From a virus (Duplodnaviria > Caudoviricetes): 43,260 nt of DNA. Under the pieces are notes generated by a model. It was not told where the DNA came from and ran no database searches. It saw only the letters and a program-made list of their open reading frames with translations. This document shows positions 26,717 to 35,979 of this stretch, in pieces. The stretch is from positions 1 through 43,260 of IMG/VR virus record IMGVR_UViG_3300017747_001658; one strand, 5' to 3'. Each line of letters begins with the position of its first letter. The first letter of the stretch is position 1. The position numbers were made by a program, and so were the translations under genes.

Positions 26717-29191
26717 TTACTGTGGTGGTTGTGAAGGTGGTGCTGGCGGCTGTTCGCCCCCTGCTGGTGGTTGTTCGCCCCCTGCTGGCGCTGGCGGCGC
26801 GGGCGGTGCTGTAACGTCTTGCATCATTTGGTCTTGTTGCGCGGCTATCATGTCCATGCCTTTGAATAGACCTTCGACCTTGGCATCCTCATTCTGAAGC
26901 ATGAGTTTTGCCTCGTTGTTGAGCATGGCAATTTCTTTCTGTGCCTTGATCTTTTCGAGCTCAATCGTCTTCTTGTCGTTGATCTCTTGCTCTCTAAGCT
27001 GCAGCTCTTTCTGCTGCATCTGCACCAGCGGGTCTTGCGACTGTTGCTGCGATTTGTCTTCCTGCTGTTTTGCTTGGTTGGCCTGTACCATTTGCTGTGC
27101 GGCTTCAGCCGACAGCTTAGCAAGCTGCATCTCGATCTCAGGGCTGAGTTGTTCGTCAGGCGGGGGCAGGGCCACCCCAAGCTGCTTTTCGAGCTCCTGA
27201 CGGAACCTGAAGCCTGCGTGCTCTCGAATGTGGGCCATGAGGGCGGCGTTTAGCGCGCTGGCGTTGGGGTCTTGCCCTATGATCTCCGCCATCTTAGGAT
27301 CATTGATCAGTGCCATGTGCACTGTAATATGCGACTCGTGATCCTGCTCAATGTAAGCCTTTACCGGCTTTGACTTGAGAATCTGCATATTCTCAGTGAC
27401 AGGATTCGTCGGTTTGACGTCCTCTTCAACCTCAACAATCTTGTCTGCATCTTTGATACCCATAACTTCGAGCATGTTACGGTGGAGCAGCGGGAGGTTA
27501 TAAATCTGCGGTGCTTGCTGAGCAAGCTGAGTCGCCGCTTGGTACTGAATAATCCGCTGCGCCATTGTCGTCGCGTTAGGATCACTGACCGGAATGATGT
27601 CAACCTTGTCATAGTCTGCCTGCTTGGCGGTGGGGCTTGCGCCATAATCCGGCTCGTAGTCATACACAGGCGCTGTGTAGTCGCGGATCAACGCTGCGAT
27701 CAGCTTGAACTCTTGTGCCATCGACGCATGCACGCGCGCCTGAACAGCCGACATTACCTTGAGCTCACGCTCCAAAATCGCCAGCGTAGTGCCAACCGGC
27801 GCTTCGCCGCTCATTTCTCCAAACTTTACCTCGGATACCGCCGCTAGCCTGCGCCCTTCCTCAACTACGTTCTGTAGAAGCTGGAACAGCGTCTGGCTTG
27901 GCTCTTTGTAGGGAAGGGGCAGGATATTGTCCTTGATGTTGGAACTTGGAACATCAACATCTCTCCACTCTCCCGGCATGATGGGTGTGTCATCGCCTTT
28001 GATTCGGAGACCCCTAGACTTTAGGCCACCCGGAAGATTGCTCAGGGTGCCCGCATCAACCAACTGACGCACAATAGACGTCGCGCTCTTTGCAAACCCA
28101 CCTATCAGGTGGATCAGACCATACCCGTAGGCGCCAAACCCCGGTATGTAAGTGTACTGTACGACGTGCTGTTTCTTGGCGCGTATCGGGTCGTGCTCGT
28201 CCCAGTTACGCCTAATCGCCAGAATCTCCTGTGAACCCCTGTCCACAGTGACCACGTACGGCAGGGCTATCCCTGTTTCTTCATCGTCATCTTCGTCAAT
28301 GTCTTCAAACCCCGGCAGGTCGAGGTCTACGCATATCTCCAGCAGCTGGTACCTATCGTCATAAAGCGCAGAATACCCTTCTGCCTCGTCTTTCCGCTTC
28401 TGGATGTCATCCTGTACTTTCGATGGCTCCCCAAGGTCAATATCCCGGTAAAACCCCGTGTATTGCAGCTTCTTAATCTCGTTTTTGGTCTTACGCATGA
28501 CATGCGTAATCCTCGGCGCAGTGCGCGCGTCCGACGCCCCATAGGGGATAACAAGGTCTTCAGCAGGTATGAACATGCTGACTTGTCTGTTTAGCGAAGG
28601 ATCGAAGTAGACTTTCTTGAACGCTGCACCTGTCAGCGCCAGTGCCCACAGCATCTTTTCATGCTCTGGCCTAAACTCCGTCATCTTTTCGGTCAGCTGG
28701 TAGTTCATGTCGGCTACCACCCGCGTCGCGGCTTCTTTGATCTCCTTGTCGTCTTTCCCTACGATTTTAGCCCGTACCGGCCCCTGTGCCGGGAACGTCT
28801 CTGCAATCATCTCCGCTTGGAACCGTACGGCTGCTTCAGTCAGGATCGGGTGGAACACCCCGCATGCGCCCTCCCACGGTTCGCTACGCTCTTCGATCTT
28901 GAGCCCCAGAAGGTCAAGCCCGTCCGTATAGGTTTTCTCCCACTCCTTGCGGCTCTGCTTGTCGTTGTCAAAATCATCAAGCAAATCCGCTGCAAGCTCC
29001 TGCAACTCAGAGGCGTCTATGTACTCCGCCAAGTTGGCGTCAAAGGAAGGCTCACGCTCAATCTCGACTTCAACTTCCATCTCAGGGGGATCGTTAGGGT
29101 CACCAATGCTGATTTCAATTGGCTCGTCGTCCTCCTCCATCAAAAATGGGCTTTGGGGGAGCATAGCTTTGTCGATGTTTGGGATTGCCAT
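26717..29191 (-). CDS. Portal protein
   Basis: 824 aa; PWEGACGVFHPILTEAAVRFQAE, AFKKVYFD, RQLVDAGTLSNLPGG; Gln-rich C-terminal barrel-like region; downstream of TerL. Confidence 0.85.
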   Translation of the reverse strand: MAIPNIDKAMLPQSPFLMEEDDEPIEISIGDPNDPPEMEVEVEIEREPSFDANLAEYIDASELQELAADLLDDFDNDKQSRKEWEKTYTDGLDLLGLKIEERSEPWEGACGVFHPILTEAAVRFQAEMIAETFPAQGPVRAKIVGKDDKEIKEAATRVVADMNYQLTEKMTEFRPEHEKMLWALALTGAAFKKVYFDPSLNRQVSMFIPAEDLVIPYGASDARTAPRITHVMRKTKNEIKKLQYTGFYRDIDLGEPSKVQDDIQKRKDEAEGYSALYDDRYQLLEICVDLDLPGFEDIDEDDDEETGIALPYVVTVDRGSQEILAIRRNWDEHDPIRAKKQHVVQYTYIPGFGAYGYGLIHLIGGFAKSATSIVRQLVDAGTLSNLPGGLKSRGLRIKGDDTPIMPGEWRDVDVPSSNIKDNILPLPYKEPSQTLFQLLQNVVEEGRRLAAVSEVKFGEMSGEAPVGTTLAILERELKVMSAVQARVHASMAQEFKLIAALIRDYTAPVYDYEPDYGASPTAKQADYDKVDIIPVSDPNATTMAQRIIQYQAATQLAQQAPQIYNLPLLHRNMLEVMGIKDADKIVEVEEDVKPTNPVTENMQILKSKPVKAYIEQDHESHITVHMALINDPKMAEIIGQDPNASALNAALMAHIREHAGFRFRQELEKQLGVALPPPDEQLSPEIEMQLAKLSAEAAQQMVQANQAKQQEDKSQQQSQDPLVQMQQKELQLREQEINDKKTIELEKIKAQKEIAMLNNEAKLMLQNEDAKVEGLFKGMDMIAAQQDQMMQDVTAPPAPPAPAGGEQPPAGGEQPPAPPSQPPQ

Positions 29192-29246
29192 TTAGGTTCC
29201 TGTGGGTTTGTGGGCTTGCCATAAGGCAGGGTGCGGGTATTCCCTA

Positions 29247-29639
29247 TTATTGCAGTATTTCTAGCAGCTTCTCAAGATAATGGTGGGCTTTCTGTATGTC
29301 TTCCTTGTACGGCCCCTTTTTGCCCGCTCGTGCTAGATATTTAAGGCTGTTACCAAGCAAGTACCCTCTGAACTCTTCAGGTGAAAGCCACGCCTCCATA
29401 GCCACCCAAGGCTGAATTGGCATCTTTTCGTAATGGTCTCCCGCGATTTCCCGTTTGTTGGCTTTTTGGATTGGTGGTACTTGTGGCGGCTGTAAGCCGT
29501 ACAGCTTTTCTAGGTCGCGTAGGTTCTTCGCGGTGGTATCACGTATCACCTGTGCGTGCGCCTCATCGGGGGACTTCGCTTCATCTCTTTCTTTGAAGAT
29601 CGCTTGAAACTCTTCTAGTGTCATTTTGTGTTTACTCAT
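29247..29639 (-). CDS. DUF3310 (SaV-like) domain protein
   Basis: C-terminal AGDHYEKMPIQPW...GNSLKYLARAGKKG..EDIQKA.HYL. Confidence 0.8.
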   Translation of the reverse strand: MSKHKMTLEEFQAIFKERDEAKSPDEAHAQVIRDTTAKNLRDLEKLYGLQPPQVPPIQKANKREIAGDHYEKMPIQPWVAMEAWLSPEEFRGYLLGNSLKYLARAGKKGPYKEDIQKAHHYLEKLLEILQ

Positions 29640-32059
29640 TAGTAGTATGCCGCGCGTCTTGATTTAAGTATCCAGTTGTCTTCGTCGTAGTCTTTGTCTT
29701 TAGCTGTACCGATGAACCCTCCTGAACGGAATCTGGCTAGCGCCAGAGAAACACAGTCTGTGTAGTCATCGTTCTTGCCCGCAGGGAACGCCGCCACCTC
29801 GTCAATCAACTCTTCCGCCCAGCGCTTGCGTGGCGCCCACACCTTACCTGACGCAAAAATGTCAGCGATAGCGTTGAGCCGTGTGATCTTGTCGTTGCCC
29901 TTGCTAGGTGTGAACTCTTGCGCGGGGATGCCCATACGCCGTAATTCGTAGATCAGTGGCGCCCCACTGGCCTTCTTTTCGATTATTACGCTGTCTGGCT
30001 CCCATTCTTCGTACAGCTCCAGCGTTTTAGCCTTCAGCTCGGGAAACTCAAGTCTGTCTCTCCAAGCGTTCAGCAGAATGATATTTGGCTGGTCACCATC
30101 CTCGTCGTTGTCCCAAACGCCAAAAATAACAGCGGCGCTGTAGTCAGCGGAGGTCTTCTTCTCGAAGGCCGTATCCATCGCCATGATAATGAACTCCACC
30201 TTGGGTGGGTCTTCGTAGGGCCATTCTTGCCACCACTCGCGCTTGATTATAGCGCTTTGTTCTGACGTTGGCTGCTGCTGGTACTGCGCCATCCACTTCC
30301 CGTTAGGGAGCACTTTACGGATGGCATCAAGCTCTTCGTGCTTCCAAAACTCAGGCCACAGGGGCTTACCCGATGGAAGAATAGCCGGAAACTCTACAAC
30401 CTCCCACTTATCGCCGCCTCTGGTGGATGCTGAATCCAACACCTGCCCCGTAAGATCACGGAGACTCCATCTTGTGTTGTGGCTAACAATACCATTGGCT
30501 ATGAAATTCTCGGTACGGTCAATCTCAACGTCAAAAACTTCTTCCTCCCCATCAGGAGTTATCGAGATTATTAAGTCCACTGTAAAGTCTGAGATACGCC
30601 GCAGCTCGTTCAAGTACCTCTGGTGTCTTACCATAGCCAACGGCGAGATTGCAGTCGTTGCAGAGGAGACCCCGAACTTCTCCAGTGTCGTGGCAATGGT
30701 CAATACACAGTTTGCCGCCCCAATGTGCCCTGACATTGCTTCCGGGCAGTTCTCCACATACCGCGCATTTTCCGTCTTGTTTTTCGAACATCGCTGCATA
30801 CTCTTCAAGCGTAATCCCGTATCGGATTTTAAGCCTTGTAGCCCTTCGTGACTCTGGGGTGCCCCTGCCGTACCCGTCTTGCCATCTTTTTGCGTTGTAG
30901 TGCGCGATACACAAGCCTTTAGATACCGCAGCAGCTTGGCAATCAATTTCGGAGCAACCTCGCCCTTTGTGTTTTCCGTGGTATCCGATGGGATGATAGG
31001 GTGCGTTTGGGTTTTTGCGGTGGTAGCTGTCTTTTGCTTGGCATGGGCTGCATTTTCCGGGTTTGGTTTTTGCTCTTGCCAGCCTGTTGCACCCTTCAAC
31101 GATACAAGTTGATCCCCCGGTCTCAAGCTCTTTAGTCTTGTCCATTCCAATACCCCTTCGTTCATTATGAGAAACGGATGCCTCTCATTTGCTCGGAGTA
31201 TTTTACCAGATTCTGTTTGTATTTTGTATATGGAATCAACACCACTTGACCGCCAGTTGTTAACCTTGCTAGTCGTTAATTTGCCATTGTCAAAAGTGGC
31301 TACACTATCGCCGGGGCGTATGTCCCGCAGGGGTTTTTCTGTCCCATCCGCCATCAAAACAAGTGTGCCACCTACCATACACATAACGATGATTATAGCC
31401 CCTCCCGGTTGCAGACGCTGACGTGGGCCGGATGTGTACCACTCAAACACCTTGTCATAGATAGCGGGGTTGAACTGAGCAAGCACCGCCTCGTTTTCAG
31501 AATGGGGGTCATCAATGATGAGCAGGTCAGCGCCTCGACCTGTAACTGTACCGCCGACGCCTGATGCAAAGTATTCGCCGTTGAAGTTGGTATTCCACCG
31601 CCCTGCCGCCTTTGAGTCGGTGCGTAGCTCAACGTCTGGGAATATGGCCTTGTACACGGCGTCATCTACCAAGTTACGCACTTTTCTACCGAAGCCCTCG
31701 GCCAGCTCTGCGGTGTTTGAAATTTGCATCACTTTCTTCTTGGGGAATTTACCCAGCATCCAGCTGGGCAGAAGATAGGATGCAAACTCAGATTTGGTAT
31801 GACGAGGCCCAAGATTGATGATGACCCGTTTCTTCTCGCCACGGGCCACGGCTTCAAAAATCTTGGCTATACGCCTGTGATGTGAACCGGAGATGAAATC
31901 CGGCCAGACTGCGTTTACATAGGCCAGAAAGTCTTCCTGAGCTAAGGCGCGGGTTTTCCGTATGTTCAGCTCTTTCACAAGCTCCAGCAGCTTGGCTTTT
32001 TCTTTGGGAGGAGCGTTGTCTATGGCGGTCTGTAACGCCTCCATATCTAGGTCTGTCAT
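29639..32059 (-). CDS. terL: Terminase large subunit, intein-containing (about 504 aa after splicing)
   Basis: Walker A-like GPRHTKSE, Walker B LLIIDDPH, IIIVM|TRW coupling motif split by the intein, nuclease residues MDTA and NDDYTD. Confidence 0.93.
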   Translation of the reverse strand: MTDLDMEALQTAIDNAPPKEKAKLLELVKELNIRKTRALAQEDFLAYVNAVWPDFISGSHHRRIAKIFEAVARGEKKRVIINLGPRHTKSEFASYLLPSWMLGKFPKKKVMQISNTAELAEGFGRKVRNLVDDAVYKAIFPDVELRTDSKAAGRWNTNFNGEYFASGVGGTVTGRGADLLIIDDPHSENEAVLAQFNPAIYDKVFEWYTSGPRQRLQPGGAIIIVMCMVGGTLVLMADGTEKPLRDIRPGDSVATFDNGKLTTSKVNNWRSSGVDSIYKIQTESGKILRANERHPFLIMNEGVLEWTRLKSLRPGDQLVSLKGATGWQEQKPNPENAAHAKQKTATTAKTQTHPIIPSDTTENTKGEVAPKLIAKLLRYLKACVSRTTTQKDGKTGTAGAPQSHEGLQGLKSDTGLRLKSMQRCSKNKTENARYVENCPEAMSGHIGAANCVLTIATTLEKFGVSSATTAISPLAMVRHQRYLNELRRISDFTVDLIISITPDGEEEVFDVEIDRTENFIANGIVSHNTRWSLRDLTGQVLDSASTRGGDKWEVVEFPAILPSGKPLWPEFWKHEELDAIRKVLPNGKWMAQYQQQPTSEQSAIIKREWWQEWPYEDPPKVEFIIMAMDTAFEKKTSADYSAAVIFGVWDNDEDGDQPNIILLNAWRDRLEFPELKAKTLELYEEWEPDSVIIEKKASGAPLIYELRRMGIPAQEFTPSKGNDKITRLNAIADIFASGKVWAPRKRWAEELIDEVAAFPAGKNDDYTDCVSLALARFRSGGFIGTAKDKDYDEDNWILKSRRAAYY
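30476..31381 (-). mobile_element. Intein (302 aa, TerL residues 227-528)
   Basis: Block A CMVGGTLVLMADG, block B ANERHPFL, block F VFDVEIDRTENFIANG, terminal SHN followed by +1 Thr. Confidence 0.93.
30552..31145 (-). CDS. Endonuclease VII-type HNH homing endonuclease, nested out of frame inside the intein
   Basis: 197 aa; RYGITLEEY..MFEKQDGKCAVC...LCIDHCHDTGEVRGLLCNDCNLAVG; N-terminal CxxxxC repeats; GAAGGGG 7 nt before the ATG. Confidence 0.88.
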   Translation of the reverse strand: MDKTKELETGGSTCIVEGCNRLARAKTKPGKCSPCQAKDSYHRKNPNAPYHPIGYHGKHKGRGCSEIDCQAAAVSKGLCIAHYNAKRWQDGYGRGTPESRRATRLKIRYGITLEEYAAMFEKQDGKCAVCGELPGSNVRAHWGGKLCIDHCHDTGEVRGLLCNDCNLAVGYGKTPEVLERAAAYLRLYSGLNNLDNS

Positions 32060-32571
32060 ACGCGGGTAGCTGTACCTTCAATGGTTTTCCCAGCGTAGCG
32101 CGCAATCGCGTCCCGTAGGGCCTTTTCGAGCTCTTCTGTAGATTTATGGACGATGGATATTTCCTGCTTGTCCACCATGAGCCCAACTATGCTGGTTTTT
32201 GCCAAGGCGTCCAAGGCGGGCTTAGCTATCTTAGGATCGGGGTCAAGAGTGAGCTCAAAGTATTTGCTCATGATGTAGGACTGCCATTGGTCTTGGGTGC
32301 CCGGAACCACAAAGTCATAGGCGGCAAGGTGCCGCTGTAAAGCTCTCTCAGCAGCGAGAGAGGGGGGAGGAGTGGAGCAAGTGGGGTTTTGTCCTTTTTC
32401 GACTATCCACGCCCTGTCGTAGGTAGATAGGGGGGTTTCTGCGGTGGTAGGTGGGTATCCGTCCTTGAAAGATTGCCGCGCAAACACTTCTTCCGCGCTA
32501 GCGGAATAGTTCAGAAACTGTATTGGGAAGTGGAGTTCTTCCAGAGCAGTCGGTATCTCGACGGTATCCAT
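32056..32571 (-). CDS. Putative terminase small subunit
   Basis: 171 aa, ATGA overlap with TerL; ALDALAK..IVGLMVDKQEI C-terminal pattern. Confidence 0.6.
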   Translation of the reverse strand: MDTVEIPTALEELHFPIQFLNYSASAEEVFARQSFKDGYPPTTAETPLSTYDRAWIVEKGQNPTCSTPPPSLAAERALQRHLAAYDFVVPGTQDQWQSYIMSKYFELTLDPDPKIAKPALDALAKTSIVGLMVDKQEISIVHKSTEELEKALRDAIARYAGKTIEGTATRV

Positions 32572-32601
32572 AATGTGCAGGTTGTGTAACCAGATGCGCT
32601 A

Positions 32602-32630
32602 AGCCTAGCAAACGTAAAAATCTATTGCAA
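32602..32630 (-). promoter_or_regulatory. Putative promoter for the packaging/structural arm, TTGCAA-17-TAGGCT
   Basis: Minus strand TTGCAAtagatttttacgtttgcTAGGCT with TGn extension, about 30 nt upstream of TerS. Confidence 0.55.
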
Positions 32631-33006
32631 TGCCCGAAAGGAAACGGGACTCTATTTTTTGTGACGGGGGGTGTTTTTCCCCCGCGTTATTAGCAGACGA
32701 TGTTGAAAAATTGGCTTACAAAATTGTAAAGCTTGTGACGGGTGTAACGGGGTGGTGAAACTGTGAGGCGACGTAGTGCGGAGCGGTGAGGCTGTGAAGC
32801 GACGGGGTGCGGAGCGACAAAGTGATCGTTGAATGTGCAGATCAATGTATATAGGCGAGGGGGGACTCCGAACCCCCGAAGGGGGTTCCCCCACGGGGTG
32901 GGGGTCGCGCGCGATGCGCGCGGGCGCGACGCGCGAGCGGGCGATACGCGCGACCACATTACAGCCACCGGCAAACTTCACAGCCTGTGAGGTTTGATTT
33001 TTCTTG

Positions 33007-33035
33007 TTGACAGTTCTGACAAGAGCGCGCATTAT
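33007..33035 (+). promoter_or_regulatory. Sigma70-type promoter TTGACA-17-CATTAT
   Basis: Seen directly upstream of the first plus-strand gene. Confidence 0.65.
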
Positions 33036-33095
33036 TTCCCCATGCCAGACGGCATACCGGCTCGGCGGTTCCCGAGATTAGATAGGAGAAAAACC

Positions 33096-33689
33096 ATGAC
33101 CGCAAAAATGAACAAAACCGACATGCTGTTGGCAGTTGCACATGACATCGGCACCGGAATCGGTGACGCATTGAGGGCTAAGGCGGTGGCGACGGACGCG
33201 GCGAGCCGCGGGAAGGCGGCGAAGGCGGCGGTAAACGCTGCAATCAAAAGGGGAGCCATAGCGGACATCAAGTGGCCGGAAGGTAACAAGAGGTCGAATC
33301 CAATGGCCGACGGGATTGCAAATGCCGTCGGAACCGTGGAAGGGATATCTTCCCGCACCAAAGACAACTATCTCGCCGCAGTCAAGTGGTGCTTCAAGGA
33401 ACGCGTCATCTTACAAACTTGGGACTTAGACGCTCAAAAGAAGAAGGATCAGATATGCGCTGTAACGGGGAAACCCAAGGCGGTCGCGGGATGCGGGGCA
33501 ACGATGCCACACTGTGCAAAAGGCTTTCACGCCATGCAGGAAAGTCAGGAAGGGTTCGAGGAATGGGTAGCTGTGCTTGCCACCATGGCCGACTACACAA
33601 AGGATGAAATGACCATCTTACTATGGGAAGCCATGGAGAAGGTAGGGCACGCTGAACGGTCGGATACCGGCGAATGGGTGGTCAAGTGA
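33096..33689 (+). CDS. Hypothetical early protein
   Basis: Start moved to MTAKMNKTDM after AGGAG RBS; 197 aa. Confidence 0.7.
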   Translation: MTAKMNKTDMLLAVAHDIGTGIGDALRAKAVATDAASRGKAAKAAVNAAIKRGAIADIKWPEGNKRSNPMADGIANAVGTVEGISSRTKDNYLAAVKWCFKERVILQTWDLDAQKKKDQICAVTGKPKAVAGCGATMPHCAKGFHAMQESQEGFEEWVAVLATMADYTKDEMTILLWEAMEKVGHAERSDTGEWVVK

Positions 33690-33787
33690 TCATTCGCGCC
33701 ATAGTCATCCTGATACTCTACATCTTGAGTAAAAGGGCCTAACAACAACAGGGCGGCGAGAGCCGCCCCACTAAACTGGAAAAAGCC

Positions 33788-34018
33788 ATGAATCAAAACA
33801 TAAACCAGAGCATTGAAAAACAGCGCCTAGTCGGGCGCCTTGTTAAGGCAACCAAGCATAAATTGAACGCACACGACGCGAACCGGATCATCAATCGGAT
33901 CATCTTGGAAATCACACAGCTAAATCTGGACTATAAGTCGGATGCCCACTATACGGGCTGGCTGGACTACAGGGACGAGCTCAGGCGCCTGTACCAGAGC
34001 GACTACGATATTGAGTAG
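33788..34018 (+). CDS. Hypothetical early protein
   Basis: 76 aa, GGA upstream, followed by a terminator. Confidence 0.65.
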   Translation: MNQNINQSIEKQRLVGRLVKATKHKLNAHDANRIINRIILEITQLNLDYKSDAHYTGWLDYRDELRRLYQSDYDIE

Positions 34019-34023
34019 CCACG

Positions 34024-34047
34024 GCCCCGCTTCGGCGGGGCTTTTTT
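34024..34047 (+). terminator. Rho-independent terminator
   Basis: GCCCCGC-TTCG-GCGGGGC-TTTTTT. Confidence 0.9.
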
Positions 34048-34222
34048 GTGCCCGCTGTTTGCCGCCCGTTTGAAACCAGTAAACAGGGTAAGGGGCGCCG
34101 CGCGTCAAGCCGCCGTGTACCAAACTTCACAGCCTGTGAAGTTTCATCAGATTCGGGCGCCAAACTTCACAGCCTGTGAAGTTTCACGAGACCAGTAGGG
34201 CGTGTAAGGGGCGCTCAGGCTT

Positions 34223-34619
34223 TGTTACCGGCTTTGTTACCTTGATATGCCCTTAGATCGCGGGTTCTGAGTGGTGCATTAGGGCTGCACATCAAGTGTC
34301 TCGCACAGGCAGTTTTGGGGTACGCCGTATCCGTACTGGGAAGGGGGTAGGAGTTCTAATAATAATAATAGTTATAATGATAATATATATAATGATTTGG
34401 AATTTGGATTTGCGCTCCTCCCTCTCCTTCTCTCAACCTCCTATAGGGGCTATACTTTTTATCACTATACATATCATTATTACAAAATTTATGCCCCTAA
34501 ACCCAGCAAGCCCGCCGCGTACCCCAAAACTGCCTGTGCGAGACACCTAATGTGCAGCTGTTTTGTTACTAGCGCAAGCCCCGATCTAAGGGTCTATCAA
34601 GGTAACATTATGGGTAACA
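34223..34619. repeat. About 400-bp imperfect inverted repeat with AT-rich inner arms (candidate origin or structural element)
   Basis: 34296-34325 is the exact reverse complement of 34517-34546 (30 bp); 34235-34260 vs 34582-34607 match 24/26. Confidence 0.9.
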
Positions 34620-34684
34620 GTAGTTGTTACCAACTCAAACTTCACAGGCTGTGAAGTTTGGCGGGATGCGTTAATGTTCAGCCC

Positions 34685-34712
34685 TTGCGTTCGCCGCGCC
34701 CGCGTGTATAAT
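34685..34712 (+). promoter_or_regulatory. Putative promoter TTGCGT-16-TATAAT
   Basis: Upstream of the 34805 gene and flanked by two 23-bp palindromes. Confidence 0.5.
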
Positions 34713-34804
34713 TCCCCTACCGGTAATGTTACCGGAAACATTGCGTATCCAAACTTCACAGGCTGTGAAGTTTGCGCTGTACATTAGCACAAACGAGGTG
34801 AATC

Positions 34805-35830
34805 ATGGAACCTAAGGCTTTGCTTGCGAAACATTACGACAAGACCCTCACCATACACTCAACAGAGGACATGCGGAAGAAAAGCTGTCGATTGAATACA
34901 GACAACACGTTTTCCTCTATTGATCCCGATTGCATAGCGATCAGGTACGAGCCCGATACAGAATACATGTTCGTGGATGCCGCATGGTTGGCGACAGAGC
35001 TGGATGAGGACAACGAGCCCCTGCTGAAATCCCTGCAAATGAACACCCAATACAAAGGGCCGTCCTCTATACGTCTATTGAAAGGTACAGGGCACGTCAG
35101 GCCAGCATGTAAAGTACACGTATTCGACCTGAGAGCAGGAAGCGCATTGCGCAATACTCGTACACCAACGGGGCGTGTAAACCTGCGTTCTAGGCTGATG
35201 CGTGAGCACAATGGGGATGTGAACATCGTTGCGAGAGCCCTAGCCTTATACGATGAGGCCGATGCCCTGATACAAGAGCCGGATTCAGATATAGAAGTTA
35301 TGAAGCAACTGATGCGCGACCTGAAGCGGGAGCGCAGGGCGCTAGAGCGGCTGGCGGGCGGCATGAAGCCCCTGAAACGGGCAAAGTCCAAGCGTGTGCA
35401 TATACCTGCACTGGATCAGTTCATTGTTGACAGCACCCAGATGCGTGCGCTGGATTTGAATCAAGTACGGCTAGACCAGAACGCGCGGATACCCGAGTTT
35501 GTGCGCAGAGACAAGCCAGCGCCTGTGAGTGAGGAGCACCTGTTAGGGGCGCTGAAGGAGAGTATCAATCTGAATGGTACACACCACACCAAGCGGGTCT
35601 ATCTGCGGATCAGCGTGTTACGAAGGGCCATACCGAACTACAGGCACGACTACAGATACGTGACAAGTCACTCTACATATGTGAGGTATAAAGACTCAGA
35701 CGACCCACACGCACCACACAAGAACACCACCATCTATTGCGCAGTGTTCGACCTGCTACGCAGCATAAGCAAAGCAGAGACCGAGACCGAACAGAACTTC
35801 ACAGACTGTGAAGTTTCACGAGACCAGTAA
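34805..35830 (+). CDS. Hypothetical early protein
   Basis: 341 aa, GAGGTG RBS; no family recognised. Confidence 0.7.
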   Translation: MEPKALLAKHYDKTLTIHSTEDMRKKSCRLNTDNTFSSIDPDCIAIRYEPDTEYMFVDAAWLATELDEDNEPLLKSLQMNTQYKGPSSIRLLKGTGHVRPACKVHVFDLRAGSALRNTRTPTGRVNLRSRLMREHNGDVNIVARALALYDEADALIQEPDSDIEVMKQLMRDLKRERRALERLAGGMKPLKRAKSKRVHIPALDQFIVDSTQMRALDLNQVRLDQNARIPEFVRRDKPAPVSEEHLLGALKESINLNGTHHTKRVYLRISVLRRAIPNYRHDYRYVTSHSTYVRYKDSDDPHAPHKNTTIYCAVFDLLRSISKAETETEQNFTDCEVSRDQ

Positions 35831-35861
35831 GTCGGCATGCTTGCAGGCGATTTCAAAACAC

Positions 35862-35890
35862 TTGACAAACCCGTCAAGAAGGTGTATAAT
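35862..35890 (+). promoter_or_regulatory. Consensus sigma70 promoter TTGACA-17-TATAAT
   Basis: Perfect consensus. Confidence 0.88.
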
Positions 35891-35979
35891 ATACCCTACA
35901 ATCAAAGATATAAATGAAGCAGAGGGCGAACTTCACAGCCTGTGAGGTTTGCCCCGAACCAAGAGCCTTCCCAAAACAC

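Noticed and set aside
30552-31145. EndoVII ORF as a chance alternate-frame ORF or a group I intron ORF
   Set aside because: The full EndoVII motif set and RBS argue against chance. TerL stays open with complete intein blocks, so RNA splicing is not needed to explain it.
32652-33032. Minus-strand ORFs of 126 and 94 aa in the divergence region
   Set aside because: They cross promoter and repeat elements, have Arg/Pro-rich non-protein-like composition and no RBS.
32994-33095. ORF-track N-terminal extensions (also 36020, 38219, 40676, 8993, 12349)
   Set aside because: They run through promoters, palindromes or upstream genes; downstream ATGs have clear RBS or stop-start coupling.
34223-34619. 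Inverted repeat as transposon/MITE ends or a protelomerase site
   Set aside because: No transposase or protelomerase recognised, no target-site duplication seen, and the centre is not a perfect palindrome.
34296-34654. Short ORFs 34296..34550 and 34397..34654
   Set aside because: Low-complexity translations of the AT-rich inverted repeat with no RBS.
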